The notes below the pieces were generated by a model. That model worked only from the letters and a program-made list of their open reading frames with translations, ran no database searches and had not been told where the DNA came from. Positions 40,068 through 50,837 of a DNA stretch of 64,000 nt are shown piece after piece. Position 1 is the stretch's first letter. Every line of letters begins with the position of its first letter. Source of the DNA: an uncultured Spirochaetota bacterium (GTDB lineage Bacteria; Spirochaetota; Spirochaetia; SZUA-6; Fen-1364); contig CAVTHO010000005.1 of the NCBI GenBank assembly GCA_963734545.1, positions 576,001-640,000 on the forward strand. The letters are read 5' to 3'. A program made the position numbers and the translations under genes.

Positions 40068-41081
40068 TCAGTGCGCCGCGGTATTCCGCGGATTGTGCGC
40101 CGCGGTATTCCGCGGATTCTGCACTACCCAGGGGAGGTTATCGAGGTCCACATTGCCGCCGGAGAGAACAATTGCCACCCGCAGACCGCGGACGGCGAGC
40201 GCGCCTTCGAGGATCGCGGCCAGCGGCACGGCAGCCGAGGGCTCGATCACCGTTTTCATGCGCTCCCAGGTGAACCGTGTTGCCTGCACGATGGCATCTT
40301 CGCTGGCGGTCACGATGTCGGTCACGCCGGCCCGCACGATGCGGAAGGTGTTCGGTCCCAGCGACGTCCGCAGGCCGTCGGCAACGGTGCGCGGGTTGCC
40401 CGATGGATGAAGGGTCCCGGTCTTGAAAGACCGGCGCGCATCATCCGCTGCCGCCGGCTCGGCGCCGATCACGCGCGTGCGGGGAGAGACGGCGCCCGCT
40501 GCAAGCGCGGTGCCGCTGAGGAGACCGCCCCCGCCCACGGGCGTGACGATCATGTCCAGGTCGGCGATCTCCTCCAGTATTTCCAGGGCGCAGGTCCCCT
40601 GCCCGGCGATCACGCGCAGGTCATCCGAAGGGTGCACGAATTCCGCCCCGGTTTCCTTCACGACGTCCTGGAGCACTCGTTCCCTGTCATCGGGCGCGTT
40701 ACCCGAGAAAACGATTCGCGCCCCGTATCCGCGGACCGCTTCGACCTTCACACGCGGCGCGTCCCGCGGCATGACGATGCATGCCTCGATTCCGCGCAGC
40801 CGCGCGGCGAGCGCCAGCGCCTGCGCGTGGTTTCCCGAAGAGTGGGTGGCCACGCCGCGGCGCGCGGCCTCTTCGTCCAGGGAGAACACGGCGTTCGCCG
40901 CGCCCCGGAACTTGAACGCGCCCACCCTCTGCAGGTTTTCGCACTTGAAAAAGACCGAGGCGCCGGTCATCTCGTCGATCGTCCTGCTCGTGATCAGGGG
41001 AGTCCGATGCGCGTAGGGCAGGATGCGCGCGGCGGCCTGCCGGATATCCTCTATCGTGGGTCCGTGTGAAGGCGACTCCAT
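40068..41081 (-). CDS. PLP-dependent serine/threonine dehydratase / serine racemase family
   Basis: FKCENLQRVGAFKFRGA, SSGNHAQ, PVGGGGL, EPSAA, LSGGN. Confidence 0.92.
   Translation of the reverse strand: MESPSHGPTIEDIRQAAARILPYAHRTPLITSRTIDEMTGASVFFKCENLQRVGAFKFRGAANAVFSLDEEAARRGVATHSSGNHAQALALAARLRGIEACIVMPRDAPRVKVEAVRGYGARIVFSGNAPDDRERVLQDVVKETGAEFVHPSDDLRVIAGQGTCALEILEEIADLDMIVTPVGGGGLLSGTALAAGAVSPRTRVIGAEPAAADDARRSFKTGTLHPSGNPRTVADGLRTSLGPNTFRIVRAGVTDIVTASEDAIVQATRFTWERMKTVIEPSAAVPLAAILEGALAVRGLRVAIVLSGGNVDLDNLPWVVQNPRNTAAHNPRNTAAH
40071..40118. repeat. Perfect 2 x 24-bp tandem duplication at the 3' end of the dehydratase gene
   Basis: GTGCGCCGCGGTATTCCGCGGATT twice, encoding NPRNTAAH twice. 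Confidence 0.95.
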
Positions 41082-41147
41082 GCAGCGACGGTAGCGCGCC
41101 GAACCCCCCTGTGCAAGTGACGCAGGGCGCACGCGTGAGCCCGTGAA

Positions 41148-41918
41148 TCAGGGCTCGGCGAGGGTGATCGTGATTCCGGACTCCCCGATGGCTCGCGCCT
41201 GATCAGGGGCAAGGCGGGAGTCCGTGATGAGCCGGGTCACACGGGAAAGCGGGGCAATCAGCGCAGGGGCCGTTTTTCCTATCTTGCTGTGATCCGCAAC
41301 CACCCAGACTTCCCGCGCATGCTCGATATAGAGTGCCGCCGCGTGCGCCTCGACGTCCGTGAATGTCGAAATGCCATGATGGACATCAAGTCCGTCAACG
41401 CCTATCAGCGCGATGTCCAGGTGAAAGCCACGGATAGTGCCCTCCGCAATATGACCCACCAGCTCGTATGAGCGCGTGCGCAGGGTTCCTCCCGTCACGA
41501 TGACCTGCTGCGACTCGAACGGCGCCAGCTCCATGGCAATGTTGATCGCATTCGTGACAATGGTGAGTCTCTTGTCCTTGACGGCTTTCACCACCTGCAT
41601 GACCGTCGTGCCGCCCGTACAGCCGATCACGCTGCCGCCCGCAATCAGGGACGCCGCAGCTGCGCCAATGGCCCTCTTTTCCAGGAGATATGCCGAGACC
41701 TTTGACTGGAAAGGCAGCTCGTCCGGGTTGTCAATGACCGTCGCGCCGCCATGCGTCCTATGGAGGTATCCCTTCTCCTGCATGGCATAGAGATCGCGCC
41801 GGACCGTGGGGGGTGAAATCTGGAGCATTTCCGCCAGCTCTTCGACGGCTACGCTTCCTTTTCTGGCGAGCTCGCTTCTTATGCGTTCGTACCTCTTTTC
41901 CTTGATCATTGTTGTCAT
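41148..41918 (-). CDS. DeoR/GlpR (AgaR-like) transcriptional regulator
   Basis: ISPPTVRRDL HTH, RTHGGA, GGTT, VTNAINIA, ADHSK; start at 41918 or 41909. Confidence 0.92.
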   Translation of the reverse strand: MTTMIKEKRYERIRSELARKGSVAVEELAEMLQISPPTVRRDLYAMQEKGYLHRTHGGATVIDNPDELPFQSKVSAYLLEKRAIGAAAASLIAGGSVIGCTGGTTVMQVVKAVKDKRLTIVTNAINIAMELAPFESQQVIVTGGTLRTRSYELVGHIAEGTIRGFHLDIALIGVDGLDVHHGISTFTDVEAHAAALYIEHAREVWVVADHSKIGKTAPALIAPLSRVTRLITDSRLAPDQARAIGESGITITLAEP

Positions 41919-41986
41919 AGTATGCCATACAAATCGATCAAAATCAATCATTTTTATGTTGACATTTGATCGAAATCATTTACATT
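41919..41986. promoter_or_regulatory. Overlapping divergent promoters with DeoR-type direct-repeat operator
   Basis: Plus strand TTGACA(41959)-16-TACATT; minus strand TTGATT-17-CATACT preceded by TGn; 10-bp repeats AAATCGATCA and AAATCAATCA, plus GATCGAAATCA. Confidence 0.6.
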
Positions 41987-42009
41987 GGACCGAGTCCATA
42001 TTGAGGTTG

Positions 42010-43207
42010 ATGAGCATGCAGACAAGTGCGCTTCAGGATCTCCTCAATCGTCCGATCGCGGATCAACAGGCCGCAGGCTACTCTCAAACCGCCGCTGAAA
42101 TAGCGAGCCAACCGGTTGTCTGGCAGAATACGCTCAAAGTCGTGCAGGGCCTGTTCCCGGCCCTTTCGGGATTCTGCGCAGGGGCGAATCGTCTGATTCT
42201 CACAGGGGCCGGCAGCTCATACTATCGCGGCCGTCGGCATGATGCCCCTGCTCACGCGGGCTTTCCCGTCAGTGGAGGCAATCCCCTCGACCGAGATCCT
42301 CATGGATCCAGAGTCATGCTTTCCTCGTGAGGGGTTTATCCTGGTCTCGATTGCCCGATCCGGCGACAGCCCGGAAAGCAAGGCCGTGTTCGCGCTTGCC
42401 GAACAGCTTCGGCCCCGGAAGGTGAAGCATCTCGTGATCACCTGCAACCCGGACGGAGAGCTGCTGCGCATGGGGCAGCACTGCGGCAGCCGGGCGTTCA
42501 CGCTGCTCCTCCCGGAGGAATCCAACGACAAGGGTCTGGCGATGACTGCATCGTTCACCTCCCTGTCGATTGCCGGCTTCTCTCTCGGGTTCCTCGCGGC
42601 GTCTTCAGAATACGCGGCAGTCGTGGACGGGCTCTGCAGGGCCGCTGGTCCGCTGCTGACAACCGGATCCAACCTGGCCTCCGCGGAATCCCACAATGGC
42701 TACACGCGCGCGTTCTTTCTGGGCACGCGGCCATTTTTCGGCGGAGCGCTCGAAGCGCACTTGAAAGTCCAGGAGCTCAGTGGCGGCGCGGTCGTGGCCA
42801 AGGCAGAGGATACCCTCGGTTTCCGCCACGGCCCCCTGGCCGCGGTGGACGCGCACAGCCTTGTTGTGCTTTTCCTTTCCCGCAGCTCGTACAGGCGCCG
42901 ATATGAGCTGGATCTGCTCCGAGAGCTGCACGACAAGCGCCTGGGAAAAAAGACAATCGTCGTCTGTGACGGCACCGACGGCCTGGAACAGAGTTCGTCC
43001 ACCGGTCCCGGCACCGAGGTCATCGACTATGGTCCGGCTCCGGGAGTCACGGACGAGGTGCGCACGCCTCTCCTCGCAGTAACGGGGCAGCTCCTCGGCC
43101 TGTTTTTCTCCTTGAGCGCAGGGCTGCGTCCCGACAATCCTTCCCCTTCCGGCGTCATCAGCAGGGTCGTCCAGGGTGTCCGCATTCACCCTTACGGTGA
43201 GCGGTGA
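42010..43207 (+). CDS. agaS: AgaS-like SIS-domain aminosugar-phosphate isomerase/deaminase; frameshift near 42222
   Basis: TAAEIASQP, LTGAGSS, ARSGDSPES, ITCNPDG, NDKGLAMTASFTS, GFRHGP, PDNPSPSGVISRVVQGV. Confidence 0.78.
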
Positions 43208-44107
43208 TGAAGATACTCTTTGCCGGAGACGCGAACATCGATTTCCAGATGACGGGGCTGAGCTCCCTTCCCCGGGTGGACAAGGAGATACTTTGCACCG
43301 GGTTCGCAGCGGCCATCGGGGGCTCAACAACCATCTGTGCCGCTGCGTACGCCAACCTGGGGGGGAACGCGTCCTTTTGCGGACTGCTGGGAGACGACCA
43401 GAACGGGCGTCTCATGGAAAAAATGCTCCGAGACGCAGGGGTCGGGCTGGACCTCCTTCGGTTCACGCAGGAACATTCCACCGGAGTCACCGTGAACCTG
43501 GTCCATCGGCTCCACACGGACCCAGATCACCTACCCGGGGACGCTCACGACCGTGGACGAGACGGAGGTCATTCTTCAGGCGATGGGAGGCTTTTCCCAT
43601 ATCCATCTCTCAGGGGTCTATCCTCTGGCCCGTTTCCTGCCGCGGATCGGGACCGTGCTGCGCGGCGCGCGTGACGCCGGGGTCACCTCGTCCCTGGACA
43701 CCCAGTGGGATCACGAGGAGAAGTGGGTCCATCTTCCTGACTGGCTTCCTTTGCTGACGTATCTCTTTGTCAACGAAGAAGAATCCCTCTCCATCACGAA
43801 AAAGGCGGATGTCGATTCTGCCTACCGCGAGCTCGCGTCCCGCACGGCGTGTCCGCTCATCACGCGGGGTGCATCCGGTGTCCATGCGCGCGGCCGGCAT
43901 TTTCCCTCGTTCGCAGTCGAGGTGCGCGACACCACGGGCGCAGGAGACACGTTTGCCGCAGGGTTCCTTTTCGCGACGAAGGAAAAATCGATGCCGTTTG
44001 ACGACGCCGTCCGATTCGGCTGCGCCGCCGCCGCGCTCTGCTGCACCTTCACGGGCGGCGTCAGCCCGGAATTGCGCGCAGAGCGGGTCATGCGGCTCAT
44101 GAGTTGA
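43204..44107 (+). CDS. PfkB-family carbohydrate kinase; frameshift near 43507
   Basis: IGGS, GDDQNG, then NEEE and DTTGAGDTFAAGF. Confidence 0.88.
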
Positions 44108-44176
44108 GGCGATCCAACGCAGCGGCCTGCCAGGGGCACGGCGCTGCGGAAAAACCATGGTGCGAAGGAGGTGTGT

Positions 44177-45427
44177 ATGAAGAGACAGGGTTTGGTTTTC
44201 CTTGCGTTCCTCTTGATCGGCGCATCGGTGTGTGCCCAGGAGACCATCACGGTCATCTTTCCCAAACACGAGGCGGACCTCAGCGGGGCATTTGCCGCCC
44301 GGGTAAAGGATTTCGAGGCGGCTTCCAAGGTCACCGTCAACCTGATCCAGATGGGGTGGGACGACGTGAACAACAAGCTGACCGCGGAGATGGCCAGCGG
44401 AGGCAGTGCATACGACGTCGTCGAGTTCGACAACGGCAACGTGGCTGCCTGGCTGGGCGCCAACTGGGTGGAGCCTCTGGATGCGTACATGCCGAAGAGC
44501 TTCACCAGGGGCATGATTCCCGGTCTCGTGGATCTCTTCTCCGGGGCGGACGGGAAGCTGTACGGAATCGTGTGGAACAATGACACGCGCTTCTTCTTCT
44601 ACAATGCGGCCATGCTGAAGAAAGCGGGAATCGCCAATCCGCCGCGGACGTGGGACGAGCTGATTGCCCAGAGCAGGATTCTCCAGAGCAAGGGCATTGC
44701 CAGGTACGGCATGGCCGGGTTCTGGAAGGCCGAGTGGGCGCTGGCGAACGATTTCCATTTCTACGCCTATGCGTTCGGCGGAAAGGTCGTGGACAAATCC
44801 GGAGCTTTCCTTTTCAAGAACGATCCGAACACCCTGGCGGCTGTCCAGCTCATGGTGCGGATGCTCAAGGAGGGGATCGTCGATCCCGCCTCTCTCACCT
44901 ATGACCAGGAGGCGGTCAACAACGTCTTCCTCAAGGGAGACGTCGCCTTCCTCAGTCAGGGAATCCCGGGGATCATGGCGTATGCCCAGGACCCGGCCCG
45001 TTCGAAGGTCGTGGACCAGATCAAAGTGGGTCTCGTGCCGGGCGGGAAGATCGGAGTGTCCGCCGCACTGACCCTGCCGGAGGCGTATGCCATTCCCAGG
45101 GGCTCGCGGAACAAGGCCGCTGCGTGGAAGTTCATCGCGTACATGACCAGCAGGGAGTCGAACAAGAAGCTCGCCCAGGCCATCGGCATTCTGCCCATCT
45201 GGACGGACCTGTACACGGACAGGGACCTGGTGAAGCTCTATCCCTACTGGGCGGACTTCTCCAAGCAGATGGCAAGCGCCCAGGGACTGTCCGTCATCAC
45301 CTGGTACAACAACTTTGTCGACGTGTGCATCGCCGAGACGCAGAAGATGCTGGCCGGCAAGCTGGAGCCCCGACAGGCGCTCGCCGAGATGGCGGATCTT
45401 CTGAAGGACTATCAGGGCAAGCCATAG
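44177..45427 (+). CDS. Carbohydrate ABC transporter substrate-binding protein (CUT1)
   Basis: Signal peptide; YDVV, DGKLYGI, FYN..L, PPRTWDEL, AAWKFI. Confidence 0.9.
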   Translation: MKRQGLVFLAFLLIGASVCAQETITVIFPKHEADLSGAFAARVKDFEAASKVTVNLIQMGWDDVNNKLTAEMASGGSAYDVVEFDNGNVAAWLGANWVEPLDAYMPKSFTRGMIPGLVDLFSGADGKLYGIVWNNDTRFFFYNAAMLKKAGIANPPRTWDELIAQSRILQSKGIARYGMAGFWKAEWALANDFHFYAYAFGGKVVDKSGAFLFKNDPNTLAAVQLMVRMLKEGIVDPASLTYDQEAVNNVFLKGDVAFLSQGIPGIMAYAQDPARSKVVDQIKVGLVPGGKIGVSAALTLPEAYAIPRGSRNKAAAWKFIAYMTSRESNKKLAQAIGILPIWTDLYTDRDLVKLYPYWADFSKQMASAQGLSVITWYNNFVDVCIAETQKMLAGKLEPRQALAEMADLLKDYQGKP

Positions 45428-45440
45428 GGTGCGGTGAGGA

Positions 45441-46337
45441 GTGTTCAACCCGTTGACGATGGATGAACCTCGGAGGCTGGGCGTCGTTCTGGTGGCGCCC
45501 TCCCTCCTCATTGTCTTCGGCTTCCTGCTGTTCCCCTTTGCCTATTCACTTGTCCTGAGTCTCATGAATTACGATCTTGCGCGGCCGCAGGGCAACGGCT
45601 TCGCCGGTCTCTCGAACTACTTTCGCCTCACGCAGGACAAGTACTTCGTCAACTCGGTGCTCGTCACTCTCGTGTTCAGCTTCGCTTCCGTCGCGCTGGA
45701 GATCGTGCTCGGCGTGGCGATTGCGCTCGTGATGAACCAGAAGTTCCGGGGCAGGGGCCTGCTCCGCGCGCTCATCATCATTCCCTGGGCGCTTCCGTCC
45801 ATCGTCAATGCGTCCATGTGGAGCTGGATCCTGAACGCCAACTACGGCGCCTTGAACGCGCTCCTCTCCCAGCTGGGACTGATCCATGCTTACCGGCCGT
45901 GGATCGCCGACCCGGGATGGGCCATGGTGATGATCGTGCTCGCCAATGTCTGGAAGGAGACGCCCTTCACCATCATCCTCGTCCTGGCCGCGCTGCAGGG
46001 AGTGCCTCCCCACCTGATGGAAGCTGCCGTGGTGGACGGCGCGGGGGCAATCCGGAGATTCATCAACGTCACCCTGCCCCTGATCCTGCAGATCGTCATG
46101 ATCTGCGCGCTGCTGCAGATCATCTGGAGCCTTCTGCATACATTCGAGCTGGTCTACGTGGTGACCCGCGGCGGCCCCTTCAATTCAACGGACATCATCC
46201 CCATGAGAATCTACTGGCAGACCTTCAAGGCGCTGCGGTTCGGATACGGCGCGTCCATGGCATACCTTGCCGCGCTTGCCCTGCTGGTGCCGGGCATCTT
46301 CTACATCCGCTTTGCGTACAAGGCCACGGTGGAATGA
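45441..46337 (+). CDS. Carbohydrate ABC transporter permease (MalF-like)
   Basis: GLSNY, IPWALP, EAAVVDGA loop, TRGGP. Confidence 0.92.
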   Translation: MFNPLTMDEPRRLGVVLVAPSLLIVFGFLLFPFAYSLVLSLMNYDLARPQGNGFAGLSNYFRLTQDKYFVNSVLVTLVFSFASVALEIVLGVAIALVMNQKFRGRGLLRALIIIPWALPSIVNASMWSWILNANYGALNALLSQLGLIHAYRPWIADPGWAMVMIVLANVWKETPFTIILVLAALQGVPPHLMEAAVVDGAGAIRRFINVTLPLILQIVMICALLQIIWSLLHTFELVYVVTRGGPFNSTDIIPMRIYWQTFKALRFGYGASMAYLAALALLVPGIFYIRFAYKATVE

Positions 46338-46350
46338 GGCAAACGGAAGG

Positions 46351-47214
46351 ATGAACCGGAAGATTCACAGGATCCCTCGGCGCGTGCTGCTCTACGTGGT
46401 GGTTCTCCTCATTGCGGTCTGGGTCCTGGCTCCCTACGCATGGCTGATCATCTCTTCGATTTCGACAAAGATCGACCTTCTCGGTGTTCCCCTGAAATGG
46501 CTTCCTCCGCGCCCGACCCTTGAAAACTACAGGAGTCTCTTTGCCGGCTCGGACAGCGCGCTCAGCCAGGGCATGAGCTTCTTCTCCCGATCCATGCTCA
46601 ATTCCCTGGCAATCACCTTCTCTTCCATGGGCGCCTGCATGATCCTGGGCGTGCTGACCGCATACGCGGTGGCCCGTCTCGTGTTCCCCGGCAGGAGACT
46701 CTCCCTCATCCTGCTCATGGGCAGCTACATGATGCCGCCCATTGCCATCGTCATCCCGGGCTACATCATATTGAAGAGTCTCGGCCTGCTGGACACGCAG
46801 TTCGGGCTGGTACTGGTGAATGTCACGTTCATCCTCCCGCTCGTGGTCTGGATCATGAGGGGATTCTTCCTGAGCATTCCGCTGGAGCTGGAGGAGGCTG
46901 CCCGAATCGACGGATCGTCCCGGATGGGCGCCCTCTTCAGGATCATCCTGCCCCTTTCCGTTCCCGGCCTGGTCAGCGCGGGCGTGTTCTGCTTCATCGC
47001 ATCCTGGAACGAATACCTCTACGCGTTTCTCTACACGTCCATGCAGGCCAGGACCCTTCCGGTGCTGATCGGGGAGTTCACGACAAAGGTGGGAACCGAC
47101 TATCTCAAGATGGCGGCAGCCGGGGTCGTGGCGAGCGCCCCTCCTGTCCTTCTGGCCCTCGTGTTCCAGCGCTTCCTGATTCGCGGTCTCACCGAAGGCG
47201 CGGTGAAAGGGTAG
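46351..47214 (+). CDS. Carbohydrate ABC transporter permease (MalG-like)
   Basis: PTLENY, ELEEAARIDG, SWNEY, GLTEGAVKG. Confidence 0.92.
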   Translation: MNRKIHRIPRRVLLYVVVLLIAVWVLAPYAWLIISSISTKIDLLGVPLKWLPPRPTLENYRSLFAGSDSALSQGMSFFSRSMLNSLAITFSSMGACMILGVLTAYAVARLVFPGRRLSLILLMGSYMMPPIAIVIPGYIILKSLGLLDTQFGLVLVNVTFILPLVVWIMRGFFLSIPLELEEAARIDGSSRMGALFRIILPLSVPGLVSAGVFCFIASWNEYLYAFLYTSMQARTLPVLIGEFTTKVGTDYLKMAAAGVVASAPPVLLALVFQRFLIRGLTEGAVKG

Positions 47215-47274
47215 TACAGCGCGCCGCAGGGCGCTGTCCTTGACTCTGCCGGGGGACGTTGCGACCTTGGATCC

Positions 47275-48921
47275 ATGGCAGACGACGTAAGGAAAAGAAT
47301 CGCCGATCTCTTTCCACGGTCGGAAGACGTGCCCGCTGACGCCGATTTCGCGCCCGGGCAGGGCCGTTACGACAAGGGCATCCTCTACCTGGTGGACGGC
47401 AGGGTGCGGAGTTGGGAGGGGAGGAGCGCCGAAGCCCTCTCCGCGGTCTGCACCAGGGATGGAGCCGGCCGTGTCTCCCCGCGCCCGCTCGGGCCGGAGG
47501 CCCGGCTGGACAGGACGGCCGCCCTCGGAGCGCTGGAGGCGGCCCGCAGCGCGTGGGACCACGGCCGCGGCCGCTGGCCCACCATGCGCGTCGGCGCCCG
47601 GGTGGAGGCGCTGCAGCTTTTTGTGTCCCGCATGAGGGCGGTGCGGGAGGAGACGGTCCGTCTCCTCATGTGGGAGATCGGCAAGAGCCGCGCCGACAGC
47701 GAGAAGGAGTTCGACCGGACCGTCCAGTACATCGTGGACACGATCGAGGCGCTCAAGGAGACCGATCGGGCAGGAGCCCGGTTCTCCACGAACGATGGCG
47801 TCCTTGCCCACATCCGGCGCGCGCCGCTCGGCGTGGTGCTCTGCATGGGCCCATTCAACTATCCGCTGAACGAGACCTTCACGACCCTCATCCCGGCGCT
47901 TGCGATGGGAAACACGGTAGTCGTGAAACTGCCTCGCTATGGCGCACTCTGTCAGGCTCCGCTCCTGGCCTGCTTCGCGGAGAGCTTTCCCGCCGGTGTC
48001 GTGAACATCGTCAACGGGGAAGGGAGGGAGGTGGCGGGACCGATCGTCGAGACCGGGGAGATCGCGTCCCTCGCCTTTATCGGCAGCTCGCACACGGCGA
48101 ACGACCTCAAGCGCCGTCATCCGATGCCCAATCGTCTTCGCTGCATCCTCGGCCTGGATGCGAAGAATCCCGCCATCGTGCTCGAAGACGCGGACCTGGA
48201 CCTGGCCGTCGCGGAGTGCGTGACCGGCGCGCTCTCCTTCAACGGGCAGCGCTGCACGGCGCTGAAGCTCCTGTTCGTGCATCGCGCCGTGTCCGAGAGA
48301 TTCGTGGCAAAGCTCGCCGACGCGGTGGACGCTCTCCCTTTCGGGATGCCATGGGAAAAGGGGGTGCGGATCACGCCCCTGCCTGCCCGGGACCGGGTGG
48401 CGAAAATGCAGAGCCTCGTGGCAGACGCGCAATCAAGAGGCGCACAAGTCGTCAACCGCCGCGGAGGGCTCACAAACGCCACCTTCCATTTTCCCTCTGT
48501 CGTGTATCCCGTCACGACCGCAATGGAATTGTATTCCGTTGAGCAGTTCGGTCCGGTTGTGCCTGTCGCTGTCTTCGACGACATCCAGGAGGTTTTCACG
48601 GCGATCGTGGCGTCCAGCTACGGGCAGCAGGCAAGCGTCTTCGGCACCGATCCCCGGCGGATAGGCCCTCTCATCGACGCGCTGGCCAACCAGGTCTGCC
48701 GGGTGAATCTCAACGCGCAATGCCAGCGCGGGCCGGATGTCTACCCCTTTGCCGGACGCAAGGACAGCGCGGAGGGAACCCTCTCGGTTTCCGACGCCCT
48801 GCGCTGCTTCTCCATCCGCTCCATGGTCGCGGCGCCGGGAACCGAGGCCAACACGGGGCTGCTGCGGGACATCGTGAGAGAGCGGACCTCCAATTTCGTG
48901 AACACGGACTACCTGTTCTAG
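47275..48921 (+). CDS. gapN: NADP-dependent non-phosphorylating glyceraldehyde-3-phosphate dehydrogenase (ALDH family)
   Basis: GPFNYPLNE, FIGSS, LGLDAKN, FNGQRCTA, EQFGP, GRKDSAEGTLSV. Confidence 0.78.
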   Translation: MADDVRKRIADLFPRSEDVPADADFAPGQGRYDKGILYLVDGRVRSWEGRSAEALSAVCTRDGAGRVSPRPLGPEARLDRTAALGALEAARSAWDHGRGRWPTMRVGARVEALQLFVSRMRAVREETVRLLMWEIGKSRADSEKEFDRTVQYIVDTIEALKETDRAGARFSTNDGVLAHIRRAPLGVVLCMGPFNYPLNETFTTLIPALAMGNTVVVKLPRYGALCQAPLLACFAESFPAGVVNIVNGEGREVAGPIVETGEIASLAFIGSSHTANDLKRRHPMPNRLRCILGLDAKNPAIVLEDADLDLAVAECVTGALSFNGQRCTALKLLFVHRAVSERFVAKLADAVDALPFGMPWEKGVRITPLPARDRVAKMQSLVADAQSRGAQVVNRRGGLTNATFHFPSVVYPVTTAMELYSVEQFGPVVPVAVFDDIQEVFTAIVASSYGQQASVFGTDPRRIGPLIDALANQVCRVNLNAQCQRGPDVYPFAGRKDSAEGTLSVSDALRCFSIRSMVAAPGTEANTGLLRDIVRERTSNFVNTDYLF

Positions 48922-49001
48922 CGGCCATGCGGCAAGGGACGCCCGGCTCTGGCGGCCGTGTTCCCTTTCGTGCTTGAATGGGGAGCAGAGGGAGTCCTCG
49001 C

Positions 49002-50789
49002 ATGAAAAATAGGTTCGGGCGGTTCGCGTTGCGGACAAGTCTCCTGTACGCGCTTATTGCGGGTCTGTGGATACTGCTCTCCGACCGCCTTCTCACGGCA
49101 CTCGTATCGAATCGCGAAATGCTCATGGAGGCGCAAACCTACAAAGGATGGGGGTTTGTCGCCGTCACCGCGCTCTTGCTGTACGTCCTGGTGCGCGCGC
49201 AGCTCCTGAGAGGGGAAAAGGAGGTTGCCGCGCGCAGGCTGGCGCAGGAACGGCTGCGGGAGAGCGAGATGCGATTTCGGCAATTCTCGGAGATTTCAAC
49301 CGAAGGCATCATCCTCCACAGCCACGGGGTGATCAACGACACCAACACCGCGCTCGCCCGGATGTTCGGCTACCAGCCCGAGGAGCTGGTCGGGATGAAC
49401 CCGCTGCTGCTCGTGGCCGAAGAGTCGCGCGAAGCTCTGGCCCGCGGTCTCGCCGGCGACGCCGCGGCGGCCATGGAGGCGACAGGGCTGCGCAAGGACG
49501 GCACCTCGTTCCCCCTCGAAGTGGAACCGCGATCCTATCTCGCGCGGGGAGGGGAGATGCGCTTCGTCTGCTGCCGTGACATCACCGAGCGCAAGCGGCT
49601 GGAGACCGAGCGCGTGGATCTGCAAAGGCAGCTCCTGCATACGCAGAAGCTGGAAAGCCTCGGCGTTCTTGCGGGGGGCATCGCGCACGATTTCAACAAT
49701 CTCCTCATGGCGGTGCACGGAAACCTCGAGCTCGCGCGCGCGGACCTGCCTGCCCCTTCAGCGGGGCGCGCCAGCCTGGAGCGGGCCATCCATGCCGCGC
49801 GCCGGGCCGCCGATCTGACGCGCGCAATGCTCGCATACTCGGGGAGGGGACGGTTCGAGGTCTCGCGGGTGGACCTGAACGATCTCGTGCGGGAAAACGC
49901 GGATCTCTTCCGCTCCGCCGTGGCGCGGAACGTGACGTTGAGCCTCTCCCTGACCGATATGCCCGCAACGATCGAGGCCGACACGGGACAGGTGCAGCAG
50001 GTCATCATGAATCTCATCACGAATGCGTCGGAAGCGATCGGCGATGCCCCGGGGGAGATCAGGATCACCACCGCCCTGATGGAACGGGACACGGATTTCC
50101 TGGGCCGCAGCCGGACCATCGAGAAACCGCTTCCCGGACTCTACGCGTGCCTCGAGGTGACGGACACGGGCCGGGGGATGGACGAGGCCACGCTTCAGCG
50201 CCTGTTCGATCCCTTCTTCACCACAAAGTTCACCGGCCGGGGCCTGGGAATGTCGGCCGTGCTCGGGATCGTCCGGGGACACAAGGGCGCGATCATGGTG
50301 GACAGCGTCCAGGGCAGGGGGACGACTGTCCATGTCCTGTTTCCCGCCGTCGGCGCTGCGGCAGCGCAACCGGCCGCGCCGTCCGACCGCCCGGACGAGC
50401 CGGTCGGCGTTTCCCTCTCCGGGATGGTGCTCGTCGTGGATGACGAGAAGGCGGTGCGGGACGTCGGGATCGCCCTCGTCTCCTATCTCGGTTTCAAGCC
50501 CATCGGCGCGGCCGATGGAGAGGAAGCGCTGCAATTGTTCGAGGCTCATGGCGAGGAGCTGGCCTTCGTGCTGCTCGACATGACCATGCCCCGGATGGAC
50601 GGGATCACGGCGCTGCGGGAGATGAAGCGCCGGAGGCCGGACGCGCGCGTGATACTGTGCAGCGGCTTCGGCGAGCATGATGCGGCGGAACGCTTTTCGG
50701 CCGAAGGAGCGGCAGGCTTCATCCAGAAGCCGTACGGCCTGGAACAGCTGAAGACCACGATCCTCGCGGTGCTCGGTCCCCCGAGCTGA
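49002..50789 (+). CDS. Hybrid PAS sensor histidine kinase/response regulator (CckA-like)
   Basis: 2 TM, PAS, GGIAHDFNN, NLITNA, DTGRG, FFTTK, GLG; receiver VDDE..LDMTMP..KP. Confidence 0.93.
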   Translation: MKNRFGRFALRTSLLYALIAGLWILLSDRLLTALVSNREMLMEAQTYKGWGFVAVTALLLYVLVRAQLLRGEKEVAARRLAQERLRESEMRFRQFSEISTEGIILHSHGVINDTNTALARMFGYQPEELVGMNPLLLVAEESREALARGLAGDAAAAMEATGLRKDGTSFPLEVEPRSYLARGGEMRFVCCRDITERKRLETERVDLQRQLLHTQKLESLGVLAGGIAHDFNNLLMAVHGNLELARADLPAPSAGRASLERAIHAARRAADLTRAMLAYSGRGRFEVSRVDLNDLVRENADLFRSAVARNVTLSLSLTDMPATIEADTGQVQQVIMNLITNASEAIGDAPGEIRITTALMERDTDFLGRSRTIEKPLPGLYACLEVTDTGRGMDEATLQRLFDPFFTTKFTGRGLGMSAVLGIVRGHKGAIMVDSVQGRGTTVHVLFPAVGAAAAQPAAPSDRPDEPVGVSLSGMVLVVDDEKAVRDVGIALVSYLGFKPIGAADGEEALQLFEAHGEELAFVLLDMTMPRMDGITALREMKRRRPDARVILCSGFGEHDAAERFSAEGAAGFIQKPYGLEQLKTTILAVLGPPS

Positions 50790-50837
50790 AAAGCCTCTGA
50801 TGACAGCGCGCGAAACGCACTGGGTACAGTGCATGGG

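Noticed and set aside
40071-40118. Repeat as a CRISPR array
   Set aside because: Two directly abutting copies, no spacer, inside a CDS.
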